This document shows positions 11,953 through 28,259 of a stretch of 64,000 bases of DNA, piece by piece. The notes below the pieces were generated by a model, which saw only the letters and a program-made list of their open reading frames with translations, was not told where the DNA came from and searched no databases. Every line of letters begins with the position of its first letter. Positions within the stretch are counted from its first letter, which is position 1. This stretch comes from the human T2T-CHM13v2.0 reference genome, Homo sapiens, in the NCBI RefSeq assembly GCF_009914755.1, contig NC_060933.1; one strand, given 5' to 3'. The translations under genes and the position numbers were made by a program.

Positions 11953-14900
11953 TTTTAAACATTGTGCTGCTCCGTGATTTAAAATTTTCCATGCAACTTT
12001 AGAAATGATATGTGTTTTTTTTAAAAAGGGTCACATCTGATAAATGTAAATAAATGAATAAAACTGCAGAATAAAATGTAAATAAATTTCATACTTTTCT
12101 TTAAATCCAAAATCCATCAGCATTTGCCAATTCTTAATATATAATTCCAAAATAATTTGATAAATGAATGCAAATTTGCTTTTAACAGGTAAGTTTATTT
12201 CTGATAACTTTATTCTTTCATATTTCTGATGCTATAAAACAGATCATCATAAAGTACCCAAATTTTATAGTACAAATATCTTTATAATATAATAATTCTA
12301 TGCAGAGTTAATAATGGATCAGCTACAGGGTCAACATAGTCTTAAAGGTATTTTTGAATAAAGTATTTATTAAAAGCAAGTTAGATCAAAATGAATTACT
12401 GCTTTTAAGTATGTGAGTCTACTTAGTTATTCTATTAAGTAATTTTATAAAATATAAATTATTTGATAGTTCTTAGAATTTCACATTGTGTATTTACATT
12501 TCTAAAGCTCCCAATATTTTGACATGCCCCCTCAAGGGAACTTTGATGGAATCCAAAGACTTAAAAGACACTGTATGTATATGAGATTTTGGAGAATAAT
12601 AATGTTAAGAAAGCCTAGTATGAATATATCTTCACCTGAATTATTTCAGATAAATACATTTTCACTTTTTATATATTTTGCATCGTGAAGCCATGCAAAT
12701 AACTGTACATTTGTAAACAGTCCAGGTTTATTATAGGACTATGTTGCAGAGGAAGACAGACAGAGGAAATTATAGGATATAACAGTATAGCAAAATGTGC
12801 TCTATGGAGAGCAATGAGAAAAAAGAATAGAAAAAGACAAAAATCCCATGAGAAAGCCAGAAATCCCAATAAAACAGATTAACTTCTTTTCACTTTCTCT
12901 CTCACTTGAGGAATCAGGAAGGGTCTGTCAACTATGCACTACAAGTTTTTAAGAAGCTGACTATCAGCCTGTGGCCATGCAGGAACCATGCCCATAGGGA
13001 GAGTCTGTGAAGGCAGGGCAGTCTCAAAGACTAGCTGGCAGCAGATTCTTATATAGACCTGATATTACTACTCTTCCTGTCTACTTAGCACATTTATTCC
13101 TGCCCACAACCCAACTTCTAGTAATGGAATCCTCCTTCTCGACCACGAGTGGGCATAGGACATGGTTTGAGCTAAGCATAGTCAGGGTGATTGTGTAACT
13201 TGAGCCAAATAGGGATAATCTGATTCCTGTCCCTGTGAAGCTGATAGGAAAACATTTTTTCCTCCTTTGGGTTAGCTATGCTGGAATGACTTGAGAGCTG
13301 CCAGTGACTCTTTTTGCCTAGAGAATAATCCATCCAGTAAGGGAGAAGGAAGCCAATCATAGAGAAACAGAAAAGATTTAAAAAGCGAGAAACATGATGC
13401 ACCCGTCCTAAATTCCAGACTCTCAAATTCTGTTTCTTTCGGTTCATTTTTTTTTTTCTAAGCGATGTGTCCATGAACAGATATGAGCTGTTAATTGTTC
13501 CAAGACTTAACTATAACTGGCCTTGAAGTGGTGACAGCAATTAGCAGAAAATTTAAGAAACAATGTTTTGGTGTTATAAAACCTAATAGGTAAAAATCAG
13601 CTGACACTTAACAAATGAGAAGGGACACATGGAAACATTTAAGCATCGTCCTCCTTGATTTGTCCCTGATGTTTCACAGTATAATATTCATTATCTGAAT
13701 ATTCAATTTTAACATTATCAAGTCAGTGCAAGTAAACCTATGTTTAATATTCTATTTATGTTCTACCTGGTTACATTTACAGTACTTGTCATCCTTTACC
13801 AAAATATATTGTGCATTGGACACAGCTCTGCTTAGAATAGTTCATTTTAACCCTGATATAAAGGGAGATTTTTTTGAATAGTCACATGAAAGTCCAAAAA
13901 TACTCCTATATTTTGATTAGCAAAAGCAGGGTACAAAGAGCACACATTATTTTTAAGAACTACTGAGAGGGATTCAGCAAAGATATTGTTACAGCTACTG
14001 TGGGAGAATGGATGAGGATATAAGGATGCCAATGACATCTTGCAGTGTCTAGGTCTAGGTTGGCAATTCCTAATAATTACATCCTTGTGAGAAAGACAAT
14101 TAGAAAGATTCATACATAAGTTGTAAGATGCAATGAGGAATGCATATTAAAAACCTGAAAAAATGATTTAAAAATATTTTAAGTGCTACAATTTTTAGGG
14201 TATTATTGCAAAATCCACTATTTTATTACCAAAATGTCTAATTTACCCCATGAAAGGAGACACAATATCCTTATTAGTGGAAGCAAATGTGAAAGCAAAA
14301 CAATCCTTTACCAGTAAGTTAGAGAAACTAGTAGCTAAACAAGTAGCTAAAAGGTAATAAATAAACAAGTAGCTAAAAGGTAATAAATAAAATCACGACA
14401 ATAAAGAAGGCATCATTGCAGAAATAAAATCCCCAACATATGGTCTATTATTTTCCCTTTTAACACTGATCTTAGAGCTCTTTCAGCTACAGTGCTTGGA
14501 GCCATTTACTCTCTACACTTGTTCTAATTATATCTATCAAATGCGATGCATGTTTAATTGGATTTTAATAGGACTATAGCTCCTTGTTTAGCAGTAAGTT
14601 TAACAGGAGAGTAATTTATGGCTGATAAGGTATGGGGTCTTCTGTTCCTCCTACTAAATAAGAATTGGAAATGCATTTGGAAACCAATGTCTTGGATGAA
14701 GTTCCTGTTGTGAAAGCAAATTCCTATAAATCAAAGTGGGTGATTATTTTGCCCATGTTCTGAATGCGTTGAGAACAAATATTAAAACGTTTGATAGCCC
14801 TGCCTATGAAAAATGTGGCTCAAAAAAGTGCTGCCTAAAATTTTCTTCAAGTTAATTAGATACTGGTTGTACAGTTTTCATGATATTATAATAACAGGTA

Positions 14901-16389
14901 CATTTCCTGCTGGAGGGAAGTATAAACCAGTAACAAATTAATTCTGTGAAAATGTGAACAAGCTAGCTGACCAAAAGTTGTAGCACTCATCAAAAGAAAT
15001 AGCACTGACATGTAAAGAAAGTGTAGAATATTAAAATAGTAGTTACAAGGCAAATGAATCCATTACCATATGAAGTCTTTTTTCTATTATGTTCTAGAAG
15101 TTTCTTAGATATGATTTTTCATAAGAATATATTCAAAGGTATTTATACCAATGCAGCATGCTGCTTTATGTGGCTGAAACTTAATCATGATCTCTGCTCA
15201 CATACTTATCAATCTCAAGTGAGTTGGTTTCCATTTTGAAAGTGACGACAGAACAATGAGTAGGTGTTAATCATTACATTGTAAGAACAGTCCTCTGAAT
15301 GTTGAAATGGTACTTTGAGGTGTATTTGGAAAAGCAGAGACACTTCAGGAAACAAAGGGTAACAAGGCTTCCATAGTAACATGCCTTTATTATTATTAAA
15401 CATATATGCCTTCCTCAACATATACTAATCAAGAATCATAATATTCATCCTTTCAAAATTCAGGATAATGGAAAGTGACTAAAATGAAGGCATATTTAGA
15501 TGAGTTGATGAAATGAACTTTGAAAATTTCAATAGAATCACAACAGTGTTGTATTTGTCTATTTGTTCCGAACATCGTTTCTCAAACTATTTATTCCACA
15601 AAACATATAAAGCTACTTTAAAAATACCTCATTAATCCTTACTTATCAACTTCTGTGCTTAATTGTATGGAGGGAGGGAACAATGGCAAATTCACCTATG
15701 AAAACAAAATTCATTATATGAGGTGCAGGTGCAAGCAAACTAAGGAAAACCAGGACTCTTAAAAAATCAATGAAGATATTTAAGACTATATTTCCTAGAA
15801 CTCATGATAAAAAAGCATCAGAATCGGTACACCGCTGTCCAGTTAAGTTTTAATTAAAAGCATAGGAATGGATTTTCTATATATAAAAGCTGCCTACACC
15901 ATTGCTCATTGAATTCTTCCGTGATTCTGATTCTAGCAAAGCATGCATATCTGACATTCATTTTTTCTCATAGCTTCTACATCTAGGGCATGGCATGAAC
16001 TAATTTCTCTGACCTCCTGTAGCAAGAGTGTAAATCGAGTAGCTACATAGTAGGATGCAAAGGGAAACAAATGACCCCTGACCTTAATTAGGGCAGTTAT
16101 TTCTTGCAGAGATAGAAATATACATAAAACATAACTCTATAAGATAGCATATGAAAATGTCAGTTGAATTTAGATCTACCTTTAAGCTCTGCAGGAAACC
16201 AATTTCTAGCCAACTTCTATATTCTTAATCTTTATGCTGAAAAATTTTCACTCTGTCACCATTCACCTTCAGGTATTTATAAATTCCACACACTCCCAAT
16301 ATCTTCAATAAAGACTGTCTTTTCCCATCTGTTCACCAGACCAACCAGAGCTCATATGTTCTACAGAAGTATGTACGACATGGTCAACA

Positions 16390-16600
16390 TAAGCATGACG
16401 TTTTAAGTCAGGAGCTCTGGATTTTGGCTCTAGCTCTGCTAGTTGCTAGCTCTGTGATTTTGAATAAGTTATTCAGTATTTACTTGCTATCTGTAACTGT
16501 AAGATATGGATTATTATAATGGTACTTACCTTAATGTTATTGTATGAAATGAGGCAAAGTATCCAAGGCACTTAGCATACTTCCCAAATAATAAAATGTA
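16390..16600 (+). mobile_element. MIR
   Basis: GCTCTGCT...CTGTGATTTTGAATAAGTTA...GGCACTTAGCATA. Confidence 0.6.
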
Positions 16601-17084
16601 TGGATATTTTTGGTAGGTGGTGGTGCTCACATAGTCAGATATCTAGAAGGTTTTGCTTTAACTCAATCTGGTAACAGTGCACACTTAACATCTGCATTAT
16701 AACTCTGGGCTTTCTTGGGCAGACCCATTACTGCTCAATTGCTGATTGTGCTTTGAAGCTGGCATTGCTTCATAAGAGAAAGTAAAGACAACAATACATT
16801 TATGATATTCAGCATTTTTATCTTAGTAATTATTGTAAACAGTATAATTGTACTGAAAGACAACAGTACACATGCATTTATTTAGGATTATGGCTGATAC
16901 TAATTTGGTTTAGTATGCAATGTGTTCTATGGCCCAGTGATATGTAATGCAAGTAATTTTGTTAATTATTGATGATAAACTAGGATCATTAGACTTTTAC
17001 TTTTAACTTTACTGATTAACATATAAAATTTCTATGAAAAACAGTATTTAACAAAATTCCAAAAATCACATCAATGATTTTATG

Positions 17085-18630
<1,546 letters not shown>

Positions 18631-18689
18631 GTTAGTTTAAAATATGCATCATTGGGCACTTCAGTTTAGGGCTGATGAGGGTGTGCTCT

Positions 18690-18905
18690 GAAATAAAATG
18701 TCCTGAGTTTAAGTTATAACCTACAATTTACTCACCATAAAATCTTGCAGAAAATGGTTAATCTTTTTGGACCTCAGTTTATTCATCTTTAAAATGGAAA
18801 TATTTACAGTACGTCTTTTATAGCATTCTTTTGTATTAACAGGAGATTGTGTTTTTGAAGCACTCAGCATTGTGCTTAGCACATTATAAGCACTCAATAA
18901 CTGTT
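18690..18905 (+). mobile_element. MIR
   Basis: CCTCAGTTTATTCATCTTTAAAATGG core; AAGCACTCAATAA end. Confidence 0.65.
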
Positions 18906-18999
18906 TGCTAATACCACTATCCACAAGACAAGTAGACTCTGTGTGATGAGTGCTGTGCAATGTGCAGGACAAGGAGAGAGTGTAGAATGGATATATAAA

Positions 19000-21900
19000 A
19001 CAGGAGAGACAACTTTGTCTAGGCAGTTAGTAAGGCAAAGAAACCTGAAGAGGGGACACCAGCAATCCAGATTGAAGGACTGACATGCACAAATCCTTGC
19101 ACAAGACAGGAAGAAAATAAAGTATACCTGTTGTTTCAAACCGTGTATAAAGTTGAAGTCATTAACCTATGTGTAGCAGGAGGTAACTAAAGGGCATTAA
19201 GCACAGGCATTACATACTTAGATATGCATTACAAAAGAAAGAAAGCCTTCCTGCTGCGATGTAGAGAAAAGAAGTGAGAGTAGGAACAATGAGACTTCTT
19301 AAGATGTTATTGCAATGACCTAATTATATGAGATTTACTGTTTACAATACTGTTAACCTTTGTATTAGTTTGCATTAAGATTTGGAAAGATAGGATAGAA
19401 AGAAATGAGTGAGTCAAAGCAGTGATTTTCAATAACATCAACATTTCTTAGAGTTTTAAAATTATTATTATTAATTCCGTGTCTGGGATTTACACCAGCC
19501 TAATTGAATCAGGATCTCTGGAGATGGGACTCAGAGAAGTATGTATTTTGTTAACCTCTCTATACTATTCTAATATTCAGGAGAAATGAAAACTACTAGA
19601 TAAATACTTAGAAGGAAGAATAGATAAGACTTGATTGATTAAATGTGGAATTTAGAAAGAGGTAGGAATTAAAGATGAGTCCCAAGTTTCTAATTTTTTC
19701 TCTGGACAGATGGTAGGAACATTTAATGAGACAAAAATGCTTGAGAGAGAGCCCATTTTTGGTGAAAAGATGGATTCATCTTGGTCATGTTGAGTTTCAG
19801 GATCCTAATATACATCCAAATGCAGAGGTAGGGTAGAAAATTGGGTTTGAGATTTGGGACTCAAAAAAAATAATCTGGGTTAGAGGTGTCAAACTAGGGA
19901 ACATTATGCATAGATGGATGGTACCTGATATTTGGGGAGTGTATATAGACTGCAGAAAATGTTAACAGTGAGAAGAATATCTTAGATTAAATAATGAGGA
20001 ATTCCAACACTGAATATTTGGATAGAGTAGCAGGAGCCTGGAAGGAAAACTGAAAATGAATGTTGTGTGCTCAAAGCCAAGGGAACAGATTTCAGAAAAG
20101 AAGTCTGTGGTCAAATATGTTTACTTCTACTAAGAGACACAGTAATACAAGTACTGAATATGTCTACATGTTCATCTGGAAAAACCCAGGTCTAGTGCAA
20201 CTCAGCCTCTACTTATCTCTAATCTATACTAAAACAGCAAAAAGTGCCTACAGAAATGTTTTTTAAAATAAAAATTAAAAAAGAACAATCCTACCAAATT
20301 TCCCTTGGAAATTTTATTTCTCATGCTCTCACATTTTCTCTTCAATTTCACATCTCTTCATCTTGTAGTCCTGCAGCCTTCATTTTCCACTTGTTATTCT
20401 CAACTGATGGACTGATTCTTTTTTATTAAGAAAATAGAAGCAAACAGAAGACAGCTATTTTATCCTCCCAATTCTTTGTCTATTTCCTATCTGCATCAGT
20501 ACTCACAATCTTCTCTTTTCTTCTTGTTGCCATGGAGAAATGTCCTTATCCCTATCTTATGCCAACCCCTCCAGTTTTAAACTGAATCTTGTTTTATCAA
20601 ATATTACTGTTGACCAAAGCTCCCTCAATCCTTTCATGAACATTTCTTCCTCTCTATTGTACTCTCTCCTCCATCCCTTTAATGTTCTTCTGTATTCAAA
20701 TATGCAAACAAATCTTCTGCCTGAAAAAATCTCTTTTGACCTCCAACTGCCTTTATCTACCTCATCATTTCTTTTTCCTCTTTATTACAAAATGTTTTAA
20801 AAGAGTTATTATTTCTTCTATATCTGCTTGTCCAAACTCCCATTTTACCTGTTTTTGGAATGCAAATGCAGGTTGTGTTAATCCTATTCCCCAATTTGTG
20901 ACACACCATCAACATGGATCCTTACAAAGGTCCTTTCTCATATTTCTTCTGCTTCTTCCTCATCACCTTTCACCAGCACCTCTTTAGCAACCATTTATGA
21001 TTAAAATTTAATTTGAATGTATTTACATAAAACTTTGAGTCATTAATTGTGCTGCAGTTTTAGCCCATATATGCAGTATGTTTTATAGACCACATTGTGT
21101 TTCTCAAATTTTCTATCTATGTACATCATTAACATTTATCCACATTGCTGTTACATATCCAAGCTTTAATTGAAATTGTTACGTGGAATTCCAGTGTTTC
21201 TTTTTTCTGTTACATGTTATCCGTGTTCCCCAATGATGCACATCTAGATCCAGAGATGTCCTCATATACAAAAACAATGCTGAGAACTGGAACTTCATAT
21301 GCCTTCGTTTTTGAACCTGCATGAGAATTATTCTGCTCTACTCTGGAGGTTTACTCAGGGAAAAGTCTTTACAACTAACTAACCAACGAATCAGTTAACC
21401 AACTTACTAAAGTACATCTATCGGCACACAAACACATGCAAATGAATTATAAGTACTCTGCTTGCTTTGGCAGCACATGTAGGAATTATAAGTACTGCTA
21501 GATTTCTCTCCAAAATGACTACTACTTTACATTGTAAACACTAGTGCATGAGAGATTCTATGTTCCACACCCATGCTATTTTATGACTATTTTATTTAAA
21601 ATATCTTTTGTCTGTTTTCCTTTTTAAATACTCTATCTAAAGTTTCTTTATTTGCCTCTTCTATCTGCTTTTGATGTTGGCCAATCTTTTATGGGTCTGA
21701 AATATATTTTACATTATTTTTCCCTGTCATTGATTTTTTTCCTTTTTTATTATATTGCCCCTTTTTGCTTTATTCAGTGAGACTTGTCCCCATCACTTCA
21801 CTGATACTATCTGTGTCAGGGTCGCTAACACTTCATATCAAATCCAATATTGATACTGGTACTTATTTAAACTTCTTAGTTGCATAGGGCATGATTGCCT

Positions 21901-22400
21901 ATGGCTACTTTTTTCAGGCACTTTCTGTACTCGGTTTGTAGCACATTACTCTCCCTAACTGTATTCATATCCCACAGTTCTGAGCCTCCATTTATGGTTA
22001 CTCCTCCTTTGTTTCTAACCTTTGTCTAAAGATTCAAATATCCCTACCATTGTCCTTAATCCATATATTTTTGTTATTTATCTTCTGTCCCTTTGTTATC
22101 ACACCTGTCTCATGGCTTTGCATTCCATCTATAGGCAGACAATTCCTCAGTTTATATCTCAGGGTCAGGTCTTTCCCCTGAGCATGAAATTTATATATTA
22201 CAGTTCCATTTTGACATTTCTACTTGCGTATAATAGGTATTTCTAACCTAACAAGGCCACTGCAGAATTATGTATATAACCCCACCAATGCCAAACTGAT
22301 CTTGCCCTTTAGTCTCCCAGCTCGATTAGCAGTATTGTCATTAACATAGTTTATTGGGTCAAATTTTCAAAGGCTTTCTTGATTGTTGTCTTTCTTGCAG
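19000..22400. mobile_element. Patchwork of ancient L2 (both orientations) and L1M fragments
   Basis: TGTTGAGTTTCAGG, GATTTGGGACTCAA and CAAATCCAAT L2-like motifs; boundaries unresolved. Confidence 0.45.
21458..21482 (+). pseudogene. 3'-truncated, tailless U6 snRNA retrocopy (U6 nt 1-25)
   Basis: CTGCTTGCTTTGGCAGCACATGTAG vs U6 GTGCTCGCTTCGGCAGCACATATAC (20/25, two differences are CpG decay); perfect 14-bp TSD GAATTATAAGTACT. Confidence 0.8.
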
Positions 22401-22641
22401 CCTAAACTTGTATTGCTTCAGGGACTTTTATGCGCAAAGTTACATTATGAAAATGTAAACATAATGAGGATGAGGGCTTCGTTCGTGTAGTACAACGCTC
22501 TTGACTCATTACTTGGAGTAGCATGTACAGATCGGGGCTTATATATATTTGTGAAAAGGCTACATGTGTAAAGATAGATGGAAAATGATAAGGGCAGGGG
22601 AGATCTGAATATGTGTTAATGTTAACAGCAATAAAGCAGGT

Positions 22642-22675
<34 letters not shown>

Positions 22676-22680
22676 GACAG
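22642..22680. repeat. (GA)n microsatellite
   Basis: Direct inspection. Confidence 0.95.
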
Positions 22681-23899
22681 ACTAGTCATCTAAGATGGAA
22701 TGATTCCCGCTGTGTATGGAGCTGTCCACCAAGGCTACAGATACCTCCACTGTGGATGTTAGGCACACACTTAGGCCAGGAACATCCCTGCTAGGCATTT
22801 TCAATTTATTTGGTAAGTTTGGTGCCTGATATTGAGAAGCAGAAATTTTAAGATTATAGACAATGAAGGAGAACAATTTGAAAAATATGTGTGTGTCATA
22901 TATTTGTTGAGATATAAGACCTCTGGAGTCTGAATTATATTATGTAAATTTTAATGCTTAATTTTGTGTTGTAAACAACCCCAAGTGATCTAGTTAATTT
23001 ACAAAAAAATAAGCTTAAGAAGCAATATATTGTGAAAAATAATGTATGGAGTTCAGAGTCATACATTTTACGTATAGATCCTCGCTCCCCTGACAACTGG
23101 CTGTATAACAAGACTCTGGCCTATTCATTAACCTCTGCCATCTAACGTTCCATATCTGAATAAATGGACATAATGATGTCAAGGTTGACTCGGAGATTGG
23201 TTCAGGTGATATGTACAAATATTAATTCTTCCTCCTCTCCATACCAATACTTTACCTGTAATTGTTCTTTACGGATATGGCTATATATTCTGAAAAATAG
23301 TATCATTGAAAAATAATTCTTTGTGTAAAAAATGATAGCATCAGAAAACATTTCAAAATAATTTTAACGGAGTTTGGATGGTTTTAGGTTTGCATGCCTC
23401 AGTGATTTTGAGGAGTGTATTCAGTAACAAGGCCAGATGCTATTTTGAAAAGGTATCTTCGTGTCACGTGATACTGATTATTATTTGTTCTTATTCAAGT
23501 ATTGTCATATCAAGTGTGTACTCTTAATAGATAATAATATTGCATTTGCTGTCAAGTATGCTTGCTCTCTTTTTAAAATCTCCTTTTTTATAGATGTCTA
23601 TATGAAGTTAATAGCTTCAGCAAAGCAAATTTGTTATGCAGATAGAGTTAGCAACATTAACGTAAATGGTAAATCCAAATATCTTTGTATTTTTTACAAT
23701 AAATTAGATCATTTAATATATGCATCACACTGTTAGATGTTAGTTTAATAATTTGCAAATAATTGTAAACAGTGTCTTAGGGTATTTTACATGGGCTTGT
23801 GATTCATATTGAAGGCCAAATTAAATGGGGGCTTTTGAACTTTCAATTTTAGTTTGTCTCAGCAAGGCAGTTAAGCATCCAGGAGATGCATGTAGGAAA

Positions 23900-24105
23900 T
23901 TTCAGGGTCAAATGCATGGTTTACTGTACTATGTTCACAAATTAGTAACTGTGTGACTTTGCCCAGGTTACTCAAACATTCTGAATCTCAAATTTCCTCA
24001 TCTTTAAAATAAATATAATAGCCCCCTCATTTCATGAGAGAATGAAAGGAGACAGTGTATCTAAAGTTTAGAGTGCAGCTAGCACTTAATAATTATTCAA
24101 TAGAA
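23900..24105 (+). mobile_element. MIR
   Basis: CTGTGTGACTTTGCCCAGGTTACTCAA...TTTCCTCATCTTTAAAAT. Confidence 0.7.
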
Positions 24106-27100
24106 GTCACTTTTATTAGTGACTTCTATTTTATTAACAATTTAGTAGCAGTATTTTATTAACAATTTAGACTAACCTCTCTGTGAAATATTTACAGAAA
24201 CGTATTCTTTTTAACCAGTCAGGTATGTACAATTCCCTGCAAAGCCATTGCACTTAGCAACTTGTTTCTCATTGTTTACGTGACCGTTTACTCCATGGGT
24301 CTTTAGTTCTGCAAGCACCATCAATTTGTTTCTTATTTGTGTTCCTTGCACCCAGCAAGTAGCTTGGCACAGAATATTCCTGTATCCCGTATTAGATGAG
24401 TAAGTTGGATTACTTCCCTTTATATAACATGTCATTATTTGAGAAAACTTACCTAAAAATTATATGAAAAAAATGCTTAATGGGGCAGCAATTTAAACAG
24501 TTTTCTTATTATTTCTAAATACAAGAATCCTTGTACTTAATATTAATAAAATATTCCTGTATGTCAAACCATTGTATGGTTTATACCGTATTAGGAAGTG
24601 GATAAATACTGGGGCAATTAAAATTCAGTTTCTGATATAATTTATATATGGACTAATGTGGAGAAAAATTGCAGAAATGATATCACATCTCATAATGCGT
24701 ATCTATTGACTCTTTGTAATCTCCCTTCAAGTCAGTGCAATGACTTGTAAGAATAAATCTCAGTAACCCTTTAAAAACTCATCAGAGTAATTATATCACG
24801 CAGAAACTAAATATCCTATTACCATTTTCTAAAATTGAGCTTATCTTCTTTGTAGCAAAGACATAGAATACTGTTCTTCAACGTTTTTTTTTTTCTCCCC
24901 CAACATGATGCACGGTTAATTTCATTTTGAAAATTGATTAGACTACCTGATTGATTACGGTGATTGCTTTTCTTGTCTTGAACAAGGAGATAGCATTTGT
25001 AATTCTTATTAAAAGTTGATTAGTATTTAATACTGTTAGTCTTATTAAATGTTGAATAATAAATTTTAGAACCGAAACCCACATGGCCAATTACTAAACA
25101 TGAAGTAAATCACATCTTCAAGTGGTATAAAAAATTCAAAGGCATAATCTTCAGTGTTAAACAAACTTGGAAAAAAAAATCTCATTAAAAGCAGTAGCTC
25201 TGTGATCTGAAATGTTTTGTTGTTTTCTTTGTGGATATGTTTATTATTTTAAGCTAGGAGTGAATACAGCTTGCCTTGTCACTAATGCATTTAGAATTTG
25301 CATGATGTAAAGCTGTACAGATATCCAATTGGTTTTATTTTCCTAAGGATTGGAGCTATGATTAAAGTACACCTTAAATTAAGATATGTATGCCTTCTAT
25401 GTACAGACATAATTGACAAACTCGTACCCTTCTGATGCTTTGATAAACATATTTGACTGATTTTGAAATGGGTTCCCTAGTGAATGAAATCCAAATCGTT
25501 GAAACAAATGATACAAACTGCTCCCTTACTTGAAAAGACAGCTATTTCTTTCACCTGTTGAACATTTCTCAATAGAAATAAGATCTTGTATAGCTGCTGA
25601 ATGAAAGGGCTCTAGATAGTGTGGCATGAAATAAAGAGTATTGTGACCTTGAGGAGGTGCTTATTTTGTGACATCTGTATTCAGCGAGATGAGGGCATTA
25701 TTCCTTTTTGCTAGGCTTAGGGGGTATTGCTTTATGACCACTGGGGACCACAAACGTTGCATGCCTTTAAGTCTGATATAGAGGAAACAACTCCAAAATG
25801 TTTGCAAGGTACAATGAAGTCTGTGAGTATGTTCTGTTTAAGTTTTATGCAGTGTCGGCCTGCACCACCCACCATGAATCTCACAGCCCATTGTGCATAA
25901 AGTATTTCACTCTGTTGACAGCAGACAATTGAGATTAGTAGGAGTGACACACACATGTAGAGGAGTGCAGAGTAGGCAGAAAAAAATGAGCAAAAGGGAA
26001 ATGAAGTGACATCCTTGCAGAAGATGAACATGACCCAATCAGCAATGGAAATCAATGAGCTGAAAGGAAGTGGCAGGGAAAATCAATGATGAAATAATGC
26101 ACTGACCAATGAACTTTGTCTTTTTTTGTATTGTCTGGCTATAGCAACTTAAATATTCAAGTGCATCACTTTCAGATCATTCTAGCCTTTCCATCCCAAT
26201 TTATAATATATTCTCAGTCACCTCTGGCTCCCATACTACTATACACAAGGCCCTCTGCACAATCTAAAGCATCCAAAGATGTTTCAAGTATCATTCCCTT
26301 CACCCCATGGGAAAGCAATTAGAGATAAGACTTCATCTGAGAACCTGACTATCCAAAACATGGCAAAGTGGAGATTAGCATAAAAAGTTTTCCAGGGACA
26401 TAAAAGGGTTTCCAGCGACTGCAAGTCAGTTTCAGTTTTGCCATTAAGTGGTTTCTTAGTGTCAGTTAAACTTTGAGCCTTAATTATAATGGACAGTACA
26501 TGTGGACAGTTAAACAACTACAAGGTGTCAAACAACCTGCTTGAAATGCCATTATGTGTAGCAGTACACCGAAGTTTCTCAGTTATACATTACCTGTGGT
26601 GAATTAAGCAATGTTGTCATTGTGGGAGGGGGCATCACTTTGCTGCAAGGGCAAGTAAAGGTTGTGAAATTAATTAAGCATTTCATAACAAAGTTGGAGG
26701 GTTTATAATTGTAAACCTGGGGCAATGATGAACAACCCAGAAGAAGGAACAATACCACAAATTCCACTAATGAACATGAGGTTAAATTCTGAAAATCTGG
26801 AACTGTTCTAACCCTACACTGTGTGGCCTTCCCCAGTGACAATCACTCTGTATTTTTCCTTCCTAATATAAATCGTAGTTGCCTGCTATTTCCTAGGATC
26901 CTTGTGAGACTACAGTAAGAAAAATTTTATAAAAGAAGCATCTTAAAATCTATAAATTTAGAAATAAAATGTAAGGTACTTATGATGGAAAAATAGAAAC
27001 AATCTGTACATACAGAGTTAATAGTGAAAACAAACAGAGCTGTTCCATTTCCCCTCAGCCTAAAAATAAAATAAAACAAATTTGTGGGCACAACAATACT

Positions 27101-28259
27101 CTGTCACATTTTGAGATATTAGTCAAGTTGTTTTTCTCTCATTAACAGCAGGCGTAATCTTTTTCCTGATGGATAATGCTGTGGTCATTGATTAAATATT
27201 TCAGTCTGTATATATTTCTCTTTCTGTCTCTAAGTCTCCAGGCTGCTCTCTGAATTCTCTCTCCAAATATATTGTACAAACCTGGAGGGCCTGACCATGT
27301 CTCAGGTTTCTTTGCAACTCCCATCACATCTAACAAAGTGGCTCCTTTGAGACTAAATGCTTAAAAAAATTTTTTTTGTGAATGTTCTTAATGAATTGCC
27401 TAATTTGCATTAAGTGTTTATCAATAACAATGTATCACATTTTCTATGTACATTAAATATTTTAATCTTTACTAAATCCTGTGAGTTGATTTTTCAGTTT
27501 TATATTTAAGAGAGTCTGGATGCAGAGAAAGAAAGTAAATTGCCCTAGATTACACGGCTTCTAATTGAAAGTACCAGCCTTCCAACTTCTCTCTGTTGCT
27601 GCTTCTTGAGCCAAGGAAATCTTAAATATAGAGTTCCCATGGGAATAATGAATCCTTTTGATGAGGCTTTTCTGGGAGTCATTTCTTCTGCAGCCTGAGA
27701 AGCCTTCTGTTCAGTTTGAATGTCTTTCTTTAGAGAAGGGGACCCTCTCTTTTCTTATCATTGATGGAGTTCATTTTTTCGGTTTGATTTCAGCTGTAGC
27801 TGGATTATCTCAAAAGGAATTATTCCAGAACTCAACATCTATTCTCTATTTTATTGGTTTTCCAACTTATCAAACTGCTGTGGGTTTTGTTTATTTGATG
27901 GTAGAATATGAAATTTTTTTTTCAAATACCATGTTACATAAAATGTGAAATTACAAAACACTGTAGCTCCTCAATTTGAAGTGGTGGAATGAAGGGTCAT
28001 GAGTCCCACCCTCCAAACTTTAGAACTCAGGTCACTTTACCACTGGGTCCCAGCATTCTGCGAACTGCTCACCTGTGGGATTTGAAGGCTGATTTTTTTG
28101 TTCTGTGAAATGTAATTATAAAAACGTTTAAGTTTTAACTCCTTTATACAAATCAGAGAGCAAAATGGGGCCACTCAGAAGTCCAAACAAGGGTTACTTT
28201 TCTCTTTTGATAAGTATACTTCGGTATGCACTTTATTAAACATATTTTGCTCTATTTAG

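Noticed and set aside
14337-14390. 26-bp tandem duplication (a similar ~28-bp one lies at 60261-60316 in Tigger1)
   Set aside because: Ordinary slippage duplications.
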